Positions 19,137 to 29,394 of a DNA stretch of 64,000 bases are shown piece after piece. The stretch covers positions 30,652 to 94,651 of the forward strand of contig DAOULV010000024.1 of the NCBI GenBank assembly GCA_034416335.1, given 5' to 3'. This DNA comes from Dehalococcoidales bacterium. GTDB taxonomy: Bacteria > Chloroflexota > Dehalococcoidia > Dehalococcoidales > UBA2162. How positions within the stretch are numbered: the stretch's first letter is position 1; each line of letters starts with the position of its first letter. The notes under the pieces are model-generated. The model did no database searches and was not told where the DNA came from. It saw only the letters and a program-made list of their open reading frames with translations. The position numbers and the translations under genes were made by a program.

Positions 19137-20663
19137 TTAAACGGCAGTTTCGTCGAGATAACTGCGGTTACCGCCCTCATTTTTAGCTTTATAGAGAGCG
19201 GCATCAGCAGCCGCTACGATATCATTGGCTTCGGTACCGTTCGCCGGCCAGCTCGCCAGCCCGACACTGGCGGTTACGGTCATATCATCGACAACCAGCT
19301 TCGCAGCCAGCTGTTTCCTGACGCGTTCGGCTACCCGGACAGCCGCGCTGACGGGAGTGTTAGGTAGAAGTATGGCGAACTCGTCGCCGCCGTATCTGAA
19401 AGCCTGATCCACACTGCGTACGGACTTCTGCAGAATTACACCGGTCCTCGACAGCAGACCGTCTCCGGCAAGATGCCCGTACTGGTCATTTATCTTCTTC
19501 ATCGAGTCGAGATCAAGCAGGATTATTGAAAATACACCGCCGTATCGTGAGTGACGGTTCACCTCGCTTATTATCTGTTCATCCATCGAACGCCGGTTAA
19601 GAAGGCCGGTCAGTTCATCGTACCTGGATTTTTTCAGTACTTCCTCGAAAAGCTGGGAATTTTCAATCGGTCTGGATATCTGCAAGGCCAGTTCGCGGAG
19701 AAATTCTACCTGTCGCGGACTGTAGGCATTGGGTTTTCTGTTAGCGATAATCAGACTGCCGATAACCCTTTCATCGTAAATAATTAATGGAACGCAGACG
19801 ATTGAACGTATCCCCTGTTTACGATGATATACATCGGTAACGAACAGGCTGTCTTTTTTAAGGTCGGATTCCACCAGCGGCAGTCTCGACGCGGCAACCC
19901 ATTCGGTAGCTGTACCCTGCATTGGCATTCTGTCCCCCGTCTGCCAGTTCGAACCTATCTCCGAATAAAGAGCCAGGACATACAGGCTCTTACTCTCAAT
20001 CAGAATCAAGGCTGTCCACTCTAAATCGACTATCCGCTTTAACTCCGAGACGAAGGGCTGATACACGTCCTGGATATACAGGCTGGATGATAATATTGAA
20101 CTGCACCGATTGAGGATGGTTAACTCATTTTTACGTTCATCGAGCTGTCCACGAAGATATTCCTTTTCAAGCCCCGGCGCCAGCCGGCTGGATATATCTT
20201 TCAGCATTTTAATCTCTTCGGGTGTATAGCGGCCGGACTCTCTGCCTTCAAACAGTAGAATACCTATCAACCTGCCGCTGCTGATTAATGGCAGGATTAT
20301 TTCAACGTCGCCGGGGGCGATATTATGGTCGTCATCAGAAAACAGGCCTTCGATAATCGATTCAGCCGCTGGAGTATCGCGGGTTATCGGTCCCTGCGTC
20401 TTGAGAAGCTGGTCTATTACCGGGTTCTGCGCATGAACGATAAGACCGGAGAGGCGGTTGTTTCTCGATACGGGTTTACACGATGCCACGGTGAATCTCT
20501 CCCCGATACTATCGAGAAAGAGCAGACATACGTTCCTGCTCTTAACGGATTTTGCCACCAGTGACACAAATGCCTTGGTCTGTTCGTCCAGACCGAAAAG
20601 ATTGTTTATATCAAGGGTAACTTCTGATATTTTCCGGGCGTCCATTATCTCCTTTTCCGGCAA
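19137..20663 (-). CDS. GAF-GAF-GGDEF diguanylate cyclase
   Basis: DELTGLLNRR, DQYGHLAGD, RSVD (RxxD I-site)-QAFRY-GGDEF. Two GAF-like segments upstream. Confidence 0.92.
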   Translation of the reverse strand: MPEKEIMDARKISEVTLDINNLFGLDEQTKAFVSLVAKSVKSRNVCLLFLDSIGERFTVASCKPVSRNNRLSGLIVHAQNPVIDQLLKTQGPITRDTPAAESIIEGLFSDDDHNIAPGDVEIILPLISSGRLIGILLFEGRESGRYTPEEIKMLKDISSRLAPGLEKEYLRGQLDERKNELTILNRCSSILSSSLYIQDVYQPFVSELKRIVDLEWTALILIESKSLYVLALYSEIGSNWQTGDRMPMQGTATEWVAASRLPLVESDLKKDSLFVTDVYHRKQGIRSIVCVPLIIYDERVIGSLIIANRKPNAYSPRQVEFLRELALQISRPIENSQLFEEVLKKSRYDELTGLLNRRSMDEQIISEVNRHSRYGGVFSIILLDLDSMKKINDQYGHLAGDGLLSRTGVILQKSVRSVDQAFRYGGDEFAILLPNTPVSAAVRVAERVRKQLAAKLVVDDMTVTASVGLASWPANGTEANDIVAAADAALYKAKNEGGNRSYLDETAV

Positions 20664-20719
20664 TCCCTCTGCTCGACAGGTCCGGGGGATAAGCAGTAAA
20701 GATACCTTCTCCGGTTAGA

Positions 20720-21793
20720 CTATTGCATGAAGGTGCCGCCACCCATTAGCTTGTTAACCTCATCCTGTTCATTACAGAAAGCCAATACCGATTCACGGGT
20801 AATAGTACCTTTCTTAAACAGATTGACTAAAGCATGGTCGAGAAGCATCATTCCCTGTCGGGTGTTTGTAAGTATCGTATTCGGTATCTGGTGTATTTTC
20901 CCGTCCCTGATGTTGCTTCTGACTGCCGCGTTGGCAAGTAAGACCTCTATCGCAGCAGCTCTGCCCTTACCGTCGGCGGTGGGAACGAGGGCCTGGCACA
21001 GGATACCGTTTAACAGGGATGCGAGACGCGATTGTACGGTGGGCCTTTCATAAGGAGGAAACAGGTCTATGATACGCTCTACTGCCTGAGAAGCACTCGG
21101 TGCATGACCGGTCGTAAGAATCAGATGACCGGTTTCGGCAATGGTAAGTGCGGCAGACGCTGTTTCCTGGTCTCTCATCTCACCGACAAGTATAACATCC
21201 GGGTCCTGTCTCAATACATGGCGAAGTGCCTCTGCAAATGATTTCGTGTCACCACCGAGTTCTCTCTGGGTTATGGTACATTTTTCGTTTTTATAAACGA
21301 ACTCAATTGGGTCTTCGATAGTCACGATCCTACGGTTTTCGGTACTGTTGAGATAATTAATCATCGCGCTTAAAGTAGTCGATTTACCGCTGCCGGTAGG
21401 TCCGCTGATAATCACCATACCGCGAGGTCGTAATATCATCTGTTTGCAGACTTCAGGCAGTCCCAGTTCGTCGATAGAAGGTATCGAGTCCGGCAATAAA
21501 CGTATTACAAGACTGGTGCTGCCGCGTTGTCTGGCTGCATTGCATCTGATTCTACCGACCCCGGGGACCCCGTAACCGAAATCAAGCTCGAAATCACGGT
21601 CGAATGTAGCACGCTCTTCTTCTGTCGATATCTGTTTAAGGCATTCATCAACATCACCGGCAGAAAGCGGCTCCATATCTTCCACCGGCTGCATTGAACC
21701 CTTAACTCTCAGCAGCAGAGGTTCATCAGCAACGATATGCATATCGGAAGCGCCTTTTTCCGCTGCCAGACGAACCATCTCCAGAATGTCCAT
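20720..21793 (-). CDS. pilT: Type IV pilus retraction ATPase PilT/PilU
   Basis: GPTGSGKST, TIEDPIEF, LRQDPDVILVGEMRD, AVRSNIRD (AIRNLIRE-like). Confidence 0.92.
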   Translation of the reverse strand: MDILEMVRLAAEKGASDMHIVADEPLLLRVKGSMQPVEDMEPLSAGDVDECLKQISTEEERATFDRDFELDFGYGVPGVGRIRCNAARQRGSTSLVIRLLPDSIPSIDELGLPEVCKQMILRPRGMVIISGPTGSGKSTTLSAMINYLNSTENRRIVTIEDPIEFVYKNEKCTITQRELGGDTKSFAEALRHVLRQDPDVILVGEMRDQETASAALTIAETGHLILTTGHAPSASQAVERIIDLFPPYERPTVQSRLASLLNGILCQALVPTADGKGRAAAIEVLLANAAVRSNIRDGKIHQIPNTILTNTRQGMMLLDHALVNLFKKGTITRESVLAFCNEQDEVNKLMGGGTFMQ

Positions 21794-21797
21794 CTTT

Positions 21798-23516
21798 CTA
21801 CTCTCCTGTTTCTCCGGTTTCTCCGATTCTTATTACGATGGAGAAACCCCTTTCTCCCGTTTCCAGTTTTGTGATATTTGATATGGTTATTTCTCCGAAT
21901 TTTCCGCTGCTGTCGAGTTTGTTCAGGTATATCAGCAGGATTTCTTCATCGGGAGCTATTCCGTCCAGAGTTAACGCACCTATGGAGGTACTGACTGCAG
22001 TCAGTTGAATAGTACTTGGCAAATTGCCCAGTATTACTTCCATACTGCTTACCCATTCGCTCTCTATCATAACGCTGCCGACCAGAGTAAAAGCCGTAGA
22101 ACCATCCTCCAGTATTTCCGTATCGGCCTTTATCTTGCCGGCAAATCTTCCGGTACTTTCGAGAGCAAGGATATAGGAAAGCACGGTTTTCTCACCGGGT
22201 GCGACACCGCGGATGGTAAGTATTCCCTCGTTGTGAACCACGCTGGTTAACCTGACACTGCTGGGAGCCTCATCCATCGTTACTTCAATGTCACGATTCA
22301 AACCGACGCTCTGCAGTTCAAGGTTACCGAGAGCATCCGTAAAATTCTGCTGCAGCGTTTCCTGAGTTTCTATCTGCCCTTCAAGGTCGGTCAAATTCTT
22401 ATTCAGTATCTGAACCTTAAGCTGGTTCTGTGTAAGCAGAGCTTTGGAAGACTCCAGTGATTCTTTCTTGCTGGCAATACTCGATGTCGTATTCTGGACC
22501 ATGAATATCACTGCGGCTAAAACTATGATAGCAGCAGCAACGCCAAGAGCCTTAAGGATATTGGTCGATGAAACAGGCTGAGGTTTGTATGCCGCCGGCA
22601 GATTGTTAAGGTTTACAACCGAATTTCCCGCATTCTTCGCCAGGGTTGTATCCTGCAGAGCCAGACTGATATTAGCCATATACATCGAAGAGTCGAACCC
22701 TTCGGGAACGTCTATTTGCGAAGGTATCGAAACGGCATTTCTCTGGATTTCCTGCGACAGCATCCGGCAGAACTCGGCTTCATCGCCCAGCTGACCCGAT
22801 ACGTAAACCGGTACGTCATTTTCAACGGCGGTTTCCGGATTGTTCGTATTATAAAAGGTTATCGTCCTGTCCAGTTCATCCCTGATAATAGGCAGTTTAT
22901 CCTGCCACGAGAGGTTTTCGCCGGGGAAAGGAATTGAACGTATGGGTTGAGGTACACCGTTTACCATCACGATAATATCGAAGTCCATCCCCTGGACATC
23001 CACCATAATTGCCGTCTCTTCTCCGGCAAGCCTCGCCAGGAGAAGTGGTTTCAGGTCCATAAACACCGGCTTGAATCCAGCCTGGGTGATTACATTCATC
23101 AGAGGATTTACCGTTCCGCGTGGAATCGCCGCCAGGAATACCTGGGTCTTATCTTCCGGTCCTGGTATTGTCTGCCAGGTCAGATACAGTTCATCGAGAG
23201 GTACGGGCAGCAGCCTTTCTGCCTCCCGCCTTACCGCTTCATCCAGTATTTCCTTGGGAAGCTTCGGAAGGAGTATAGGTCTGGTAAGACACCGTATTCC
23301 GCTGATACCTACAAATACCTTCCTGGTTTTTATTGCCTGGATATCAAGCAGCTGCTTTATCTTCTGCGCTACGGCTTCTTCATCGACTATCGCATTATTT
23401 TCTATCAGTCCCGGTTCGAACTGCATTTCAGCCCATTGTTGAATCTGACTGCCTTCGGTCACCATTGTCCGTACGACAGTATCAGATATATATAACGTAA
23501 CTATCTGTTTCGGCAT
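21798..23516 (-). CDS. PilM-PilN fusion with two PilN-like domains
   Basis: Actin-like PilM N-terminal part (EAVRREAERLLPVPLDELYLTWQ), single TM, coiled coil, then two similar PilN-like repeats. Confidence 0.8.
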   Translation of the reverse strand: MPKQIVTLYISDTVVRTMVTEGSQIQQWAEMQFEPGLIENNAIVDEEAVAQKIKQLLDIQAIKTRKVFVGISGIRCLTRPILLPKLPKEILDEAVRREAERLLPVPLDELYLTWQTIPGPEDKTQVFLAAIPRGTVNPLMNVITQAGFKPVFMDLKPLLLARLAGEETAIMVDVQGMDFDIIVMVNGVPQPIRSIPFPGENLSWQDKLPIIRDELDRTITFYNTNNPETAVENDVPVYVSGQLGDEAEFCRMLSQEIQRNAVSIPSQIDVPEGFDSSMYMANISLALQDTTLAKNAGNSVVNLNNLPAAYKPQPVSSTNILKALGVAAAIIVLAAVIFMVQNTTSSIASKKESLESSKALLTQNQLKVQILNKNLTDLEGQIETQETLQQNFTDALGNLELQSVGLNRDIEVTMDEAPSSVRLTSVVHNEGILTIRGVAPGEKTVLSYILALESTGRFAGKIKADTEILEDGSTAFTLVGSVMIESEWVSSMEVILGNLPSTIQLTAVSTSIGALTLDGIAPDEEILLIYLNKLDSSGKFGEITISNITKLETGERGFSIVIRIGETGETGE

Positions 23517-23518
23517 AT

Positions 23519-24076
23519 TTACTCACCCTGATAATTGTAAATAAGCAGTGAAATGGAAACCGTCGGGCTGGTATTACTGCTTGTTTCAGGAATATTCATA
23601 TCTACAGACTTGATTACTCCCGTTGCCAGATAATTGTTCAGCCTGGTGATGAAATCGACCAGGTCACTAACACTACCATCTACGGTTGCCTCGAGTGATA
23701 CTACCGTGCACGGCACGTTTTCCAGCACTTGCGGCGACGCGCTGGGCGAAGATAACCAGACTATGTCGACCCCGGTTGTGTCTGCGATGTCAAACACGAT
23801 GGTACTGGCAGCGACATTGGCAATTTCCTGCGACATCATATTCTTCAGGGTATCGGTCTGAGACGAAACTTGTGACAGCTGGTTTTCAAGTTCCAACTTC
23901 CGGTCGTCCAGCCTGGCCGGATTTAACTTATCGAGATTGGTTTGAATCGAAGTCAGTTCTTCACTGACTGCATCTTCTTCATCCATTTTCTCGAACATTA
24001 TAAAGCCGACGGCTGCAGTTACGATTACATATACGCCTATTCCCAGATATATCAGAGTTTTTTTACTTATTTTCAA
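23519..24076 (-). CDS. PilO-like alignment-complex protein
   Basis: N-terminal TM, coiled coil, ferredoxin-like C-terminus (VDGSVSDLVDFITRL). Lies within the pil operon. Confidence 0.7.
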   Translation of the reverse strand: MKISKKTLIYLGIGVYVIVTAAVGFIMFEKMDEEDAVSEELTSIQTNLDKLNPARLDDRKLELENQLSQVSSQTDTLKNMMSQEIANVAASTIVFDIADTTGVDIVWLSSPSASPQVLENVPCTVVSLEATVDGSVSDLVDFITRLNNYLATGVIKSVDMNIPETSSNTSPTVSISLLIYNYQGE

Positions 24077-24199
24077 AAGATACCCCTGATTATTTTCGTA
24101 TGGGTATTTCCGTTATCATATTATTTATTTCTATGTTTCGCTTCGTTTTTCCCGTTTAATTCCTCAACGACACATTTATCCACTCTGGAATTTACGCCG

Positions 24200-25408
24200 T
24201 TAAAAGGCCTGTCCGTACATGGATGTCATCGCCGACATCAGCGTCATAGCTACAAGACCTACCACTCCGCCGATAATTATCGTCATTGTCGGCTGGATAA
24301 GACCGATAAGATTTTTCATCTTGTCTTCAGCCTCGGTTTCGAAACTATTGGATACGGCTATAAGAGTGGTATCAAGACTTCCCGTTTCTTCTCCGACTTT
24401 CACCATCTGTACCATCATGGGCAGAAAAAGACTATTTTTCGCCATCGGTCCCGATAGTCCTTCGCCTTTAACCATATCGGCATGTACTTCCATCAGTGCC
24501 TCTGACATTACCTTGTTTCCACTGCTTCTCGATGCCAGCAACATTATCTCTGGCAGAGGTAAGCCCGAATTGAATAAGAGGGCCATGCTCCTGCAAAAAC
24601 GGGCTAACTCACTCAGGAGCCGGATTCGGCCCATAAGAGGTAATTTAAAAAGCAACTTATCAAGATTATACCTGCCACGCGGGGTTTTCACATACACGTA
24701 GCCGACCACAGCCGCTATAACAAGGCCGATAAAAATATAAAGGCCGTTTGCCTTCATGCCTTCCCCGAGATTAACCAGGAATTTTGCTACTGCCGGCAGT
24801 TCCGCTCCCAGAGATTCATACATTCCGCTGAAAGAAGGCAGGATAAACATTATCATCAGCAGTATAACTATTACGGCTATTACCGATGTAATAGCCGGCA
24901 TCATCAATGCCCCCTTCGTCTGCTTGCTGGTAGTCATTTCTTTCTCCATGTAATCCGCGACCTGCCGCAAAACTGTCTCGAGATCTCCGCTCTGTTCACC
25001 GACACTTATCAGCTTGCAGTATACCGAGGGGAATATTTTGGGATGTTTTTCCAGGCTTAAAGATAATTGACTCCCTCCGCGGACATCGGCTACGACCTCA
25101 CCCAGGACTTTACTCAACGCACCGTTTGACACCTGCTGCTGTAGCAAATCCAGAGCGGCTGCAATATCGGTACCGGAATCCAGAAGCATTGCCAGCTGCC
25201 GGTACAGGAGTATGATATCGGTAGGTTTTACCTGAGTAAACTGGGAGGAAAGGCTGCCCATCGTAAAAAAGGGCGTGTAGGGTTTAAGGTTTATTGCTTT
25301 AAAGCCCGCATAGTCGAGCAGTTCATTCGCAGCCTGGTCATTATCAGCCGTAAGTTTACCTTTTACTACCTCACCTTTAGAATTATAGGCTACATACTGA
25401 TAAATCAT
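24200..25408 (-). CDS. pilC: Type IV pilus platform protein PilC/GspF
   Basis: YQYVAYNSKGEVVKG, RQLAMLLDSG, GEQSGDL, VGEETGSLD, IQPTMTIIIG. Confidence 0.93.
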   Translation of the reverse strand: MIYQYVAYNSKGEVVKGKLTADNDQAANELLDYAGFKAINLKPYTPFFTMGSLSSQFTQVKPTDIILLYRQLAMLLDSGTDIAAALDLLQQQVSNGALSKVLGEVVADVRGGSQLSLSLEKHPKIFPSVYCKLISVGEQSGDLETVLRQVADYMEKEMTTSKQTKGALMMPAITSVIAVIVILLMIMFILPSFSGMYESLGAELPAVAKFLVNLGEGMKANGLYIFIGLVIAAVVGYVYVKTPRGRYNLDKLLFKLPLMGRIRLLSELARFCRSMALLFNSGLPLPEIMLLASRSSGNKVMSEALMEVHADMVKGEGLSGPMAKNSLFLPMMVQMVKVGEETGSLDTTLIAVSNSFETEAEDKMKNLIGLIQPTMTIIIGGVVGLVAMTLMSAMTSMYGQAF

Positions 25409-25461
25409 TCAGGCCTCATATTCCCGGCGACAAATTTGACACCATTCACCGGGGTAAATAA

Positions 25462-26985
25462 TTAGTCCGAAGTATAAGCATTACGCAGCACTTCGGCGGG
25501 AGTAGTAATGTTCTCCTTTACCTTTAACATTCCGTCTTTTATCAAAGGCAGCATGCCTTCTTGAATCGCACGATCACGTATCTGATTGGCATTCGCCCCT
25601 TCGAGTATCATCGTTCGGATATGGTCACTCACCTTCATTATCTCGAAAAAGCCAATTCTCCCCTGGTATCCGGTGTCCGAACATGATTTACACCCTTTTC
25701 CGGTAAGAAACTGTGTCCTCTCTTCTCCCGTCTCCTTGGTATAGGCATGCTGCTCGACTACCGGAACCTCGGTCATTTCAGCACATCCCGGGCAAACTCT
25801 TCTTCCCATTCTCTGGGCTACCACTCCTATGAGTGCCGATGCAATTAAGAATGGTTCGATTTCCAGGTCGAGTAGACGTGATATTACTCCGACAGCGTCA
25901 TTGGCATGAATGGAAGAGAGTACCAGGTGCCCGGTTAGCGCCGACTGCACTGCGATATTGGCTGTCTCGGCATCTCTGATTTCACCGACCAGTATTACAT
26001 CCGGATCAAGACGTAATATCGATCTTAGTCCGGCAGCAAAAGTAAGGCCAGCACGCGTGTTTACCTGAATCTGGTTTATATTCTTAAACCGGTATTCAAC
26101 CGGGTCTTCGATGGTAAGTATATTCCTGCCTTTACGGTCGATACTGTTCAGTGATGCGTACAGGGTGGTTGTTTTTCCGGCGCCGGTAGGTCCGGTAACC
26201 AGTAGCATTCCGTAAGGAACCTTTATCATTTCTTCATATCTTTCAAGGCTCTGGGGAAGAAAGCCCAGCTGGGGTAATGTCATTACTGCCTTTGATTTAT
26301 CGAGAAGACGGAGGGCGGCCATTTCACCGTGAACGTTGGGAATTGTACCCACACGTATATCTATCGCCTGGCGATCCTTGGGCTTGACAGAAAGTTGTCC
26401 GTCCTGCGGGCGGTGATGGTCCGCAATATTCATCTTCGCCAGAATCTTGATTCTGGAAATCAGCGGGACAGCCGTCTGTAACGGTAGGGTATGCTTTTCA
26501 TGAAGTGTACCATCGATACGATAGCGTATTCGCAGACTGTCTTCCTCCGGCTGAATATGAATATCCGAAGCTCGTGATTTTATCGCCTCGTCTATAATGA
26601 GTGTGAGAGCCTTGGCAATCGGAGCATCGGCCGCAGTATCGGTAGTTATTTCTTCGATAGTTGTCTCACCGTTCGACGTTGAAAGACCGGAAAGGTGCTT
26701 CTCAATCTCTCCGTACGAAGACTGGTAATGAAAATCTATTGCTGCCAGCACGTCGTCCGGATCAGCTGCTACTGTCTCCACGCGCATTTTCGTCCGACTT
26801 TCTACCGCTTCGAGCGCGTTAATGTCGGAGATATTCGCCATTGCTATCTTCAGGGTATTCCCTTTTACTTCAAGGGGAATCACGTTATATGTTCGTGCTA
26901 TGGTTTCAGGTATCAGCTGCAGTGTTTCAGGTGTTATAGAATCACGCTTCAACACAAGTTTCTGGACCTGAGGGGGACCGGCCAT
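25462..26985 (-). CDS. pilB: Type IV pilus assembly ATPase PilB/GspE
   Basis: RASDIHIQP, PQDG, GPTGAGKTTT, EDPVE, LRLDPDVILVGEIRD, and the tetra-Cys Zn motif. Confidence 0.95.
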   Translation of the reverse strand: MAGPPQVQKLVLKRDSITPETLQLIPETIARTYNVIPLEVKGNTLKIAMANISDINALEAVESRTKMRVETVAADPDDVLAAIDFHYQSSYGEIEKHLSGLSTSNGETTIEEITTDTAADAPIAKALTLIIDEAIKSRASDIHIQPEEDSLRIRYRIDGTLHEKHTLPLQTAVPLISRIKILAKMNIADHHRPQDGQLSVKPKDRQAIDIRVGTIPNVHGEMAALRLLDKSKAVMTLPQLGFLPQSLERYEEMIKVPYGMLLVTGPTGAGKTTTLYASLNSIDRKGRNILTIEDPVEYRFKNINQIQVNTRAGLTFAAGLRSILRLDPDVILVGEIRDAETANIAVQSALTGHLVLSSIHANDAVGVISRLLDLEIEPFLIASALIGVVAQRMGRRVCPGCAEMTEVPVVEQHAYTKETGEERTQFLTGKGCKSCSDTGYQGRIGFFEIMKVSDHIRTMILEGANANQIRDRAIQEGMLPLIKDGMLKVKENITTPAEVLRNAYTSD

Positions 26986-27057
26986 ATTTATAATTTACCT
27001 CCCGTTAAACGAAACTTCACCTTTACTACATCTATATTTACGTCTGTTCCTTCTGTG

Positions 27058-27086
27058 ATGTTATATTCTGACTTTTGCTTTGTCAA
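27058..27086 (-). promoter_or_regulatory. Sigma70-type promoter for the pil operon
   Basis: Minus strand TTGACA-17 nt-TAACAT upstream of pilB. Confidence 0.65.
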
Positions 27087-27172
27087 GTTAACCCTCTTTT
27101 CACCGGCACCGTTAATGACGGTAATTACGATGTTTACTATAAAATTAACGATCTCCAGAGTTTACAAACCGG

Positions 27173-28291
27173 TCAGTCACCGAACAGGTCCGAAAGGTCG
27201 GCTTCCAGGTCGCCGGAGTCCGAGTCCGAAGACATAAACTTCCAGAAATTAAGTTCCTTAACGATTTCTTCTTCGATAGATAAAAACGCCGCGGCAACAT
27301 CGGGATCGAAATGAGTGCCTGTATCCTCCCTGATAATCGCCATCGCTTTTTCAAGCGGAAAAGCCTTTTTATAGGGACGTTCCGATGTAAGAGCATCGAA
27401 CACATCCGCCAGAGCAACGATACGCCCTGCCAGCGGGATATCCTCACCTTTCAATCCGTTGGGATAGCCACCGCCCTTCCATTTTTCGTGGTGACTCACA
27501 GCAATATCCTGGGCCAGTTTAATGAAGTCGGCATCGGAGTCTTTTAGTATCTCCCCGCCTATTGTCGTATGCTGTCTCATTATCACCCATTCTTCGTCAT
27601 CGAGTTTACCCGGCTTCAGCAATACGCTGTCGGGAATGCCGATTTTCCCGATATCGTGCATCGGAGCGGCCCACAATATGTTTTCAATATATTCGTCATT
27701 GAGTTTCATGGCACGGGCGATGGCGCTCGAATAGTGACTCATACGTTCCACGTGTGCTCCGGTATCTTCATCTTTATACTCGGCGGCGCGGGAAAGCCGG
27801 TACACGGTATCCAGGGAAGCTATTTTCACCTTTTCGAAGGCCAGGGTAAGTTGCTCCGTTCTCTTCGTTACTTCGGACTCGATGTTTTTATTGATATCGA
27901 GTTCGTAGCTGTTGTATGCCTTTACTTTCAACAGAGAGGTCGCCCGTGCTCTAATCTCAGTCTCATCCTCGGGATTTATAAGGAAATCATCCGCCCCTTT
28001 TTCAAATGCCTTTTCACGGAGCCTGGCGCTGTCTTTAAGAGTAATAACGGCGACGGGTATCTGCGCCGTACCCTCTTCTTTTTTCAGCTGGTCTAACAAG
28101 TCCAGTCCATCTGTTTCTGTAGATATCATGTCCAGAAAAATAACGTCGGGAGAAAGCTCCGCAATTTTCTGAAGGGACGCCTTATCATAGCTGAGTGATG
28201 TTACATTATATTTTTGCGAACGAAGTACGGCTCCGACCCTATCCGGACCCGTATCGTTACCGATTATCAATATTACTGCGCTGTTTTCCAA
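27173..28291 (-). CDS. Response regulator with HD-GYP c-di-GMP phosphodiesterase domain (RpfG-like)
   Basis: REC (IFLDMI), then EDTGAHVERM, HDIGKIG, HHEKWKGGGYP, ALADVFDAL. Confidence 0.93.
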   Translation of the reverse strand: MENSAVILIIGNDTGPDRVGAVLRSQKYNVTSLSYDKASLQKIAELSPDVIFLDMISTETDGLDLLDQLKKEEGTAQIPVAVITLKDSARLREKAFEKGADDFLINPEDETEIRARATSLLKVKAYNSYELDINKNIESEVTKRTEQLTLAFEKVKIASLDTVYRLSRAAEYKDEDTGAHVERMSHYSSAIARAMKLNDEYIENILWAAPMHDIGKIGIPDSVLLKPGKLDDEEWVIMRQHTTIGGEILKDSDADFIKLAQDIAVSHHEKWKGGGYPNGLKGEDIPLAGRIVALADVFDALTSERPYKKAFPLEKAMAIIREDTGTHFDPDVAAAFLSIEEEIVKELNFWKFMSSDSDSGDLEADLSDLFGD

Positions 28292-28308
28292 AATACTCCA
28301 TCTTCTCG

Positions 28309-29394
28309 TTATTCAGGAATGAAAGTCAGCAGTAGGTTCTCTCCCTCAAAACGGCTTTCCGCCGGCTTCATCTCCGTATTCATCATCTCAGAAATTATCC
28401 CGCAGAGTTCCCCTGTCAGGAATGAAGTCATCTCAATTAATTTGTCAGTACCTGAAGACTCGGCGCATTCTCTGATTTTCAGATCCAGTTGCGAACTGTC
28501 TCCGTTGATTTCAACTTCAAACTCACCCAGCTGAAGATAATAACGTTCCAGTGTTTCGAAATTATCACCGCTGATAATATCGGTCAATACCGGAGCGAGT
28601 TTTTTCCCCAGGTCGGCGCCGATCTCATAGCTGCTTGAGGCATATTTCTCCGGGTCCGCCTGCAGCGTGTTGGCTACGGCAAGCTGAAGGTAACTTATAT
28701 CTACCATGTTTCCCAGAGAGCGTGCCGGTGTTTTACTGAGACTCTCCTCTGCCCGTGAAACGAGATCGGTATTCACTACCGGAGGAGTTATATAGTCGGT
28801 ATACATCCTTTTGATTTCATCCTCGCTGCTGTCACCGATAGTGAAATTGCAGGATTCGCTGCCCGTCACCTGGCAGGCTGTTTCGATACCACTAAGGTCA
28901 CGGTTGATAAGTCCCGAGAGTATCCCTGCCAGAGTACCGGCGTGATAATAACAGATACCGTGACTGAAACCTTTCAAACCAGCGCACTCGACACAGTCTT
29001 TAAAGGTAATTTCGATTTTCAACGGATCGATACTCAGGTCGACTATTTTGAGTTCACCCTCGTTAGCCTGCTTCATAATCGATGCGAATACTCTGGACAC
29101 TATTTTTTCCAGAGTGGCAAAAGCCCGTGCTTTTGGCCAGTATTCGAATTTCCAGAAATAGTCGGCAGGCATTCCCAGTTTGCCGACTATGATAGAAGCA
29201 TTCCTGCGGGCTGACTCATAAGCCGATGTATATAACTGCTGTGGAAGGTCCGGGTTAGCTTCCAACATCGAGAGCAACCTTGACTGGGGAACATAGAGAT
29301 CGATTTCGTCGCCTATCTCCGGGCGCAGCACGTTACGTTTTTTCAGAACACTCGCCAGTAATGACGCCCAGGCATTGTCGATAATATTATCCAT
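28309..29394 (-). CDS. Tandem V4R-domain protein
   Basis: DCVECAG..ICYYHAGTLAG..ETACQVTGSESCNF (V4R Cys pattern), plus a second degenerate copy (IRECAES..FLTGELCG). Confidence 0.75.
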   Translation of the reverse strand: MDNIIDNAWASLLASVLKKRNVLRPEIGDEIDLYVPQSRLLSMLEANPDLPQQLYTSAYESARRNASIIVGKLGMPADYFWKFEYWPKARAFATLEKIVSRVFASIMKQANEGELKIVDLSIDPLKIEITFKDCVECAGLKGFSHGICYYHAGTLAGILSGLINRDLSGIETACQVTGSESCNFTIGDSSEDEIKRMYTDYITPPVVNTDLVSRAEESLSKTPARSLGNMVDISYLQLAVANTLQADPEKYASSSYEIGADLGKKLAPVLTDIISGDNFETLERYYLQLGEFEVEINGDSSQLDLKIRECAESSGTDKLIEMTSFLTGELCGIISEMMNTEMKPAESRFEGENLLLTFIPE

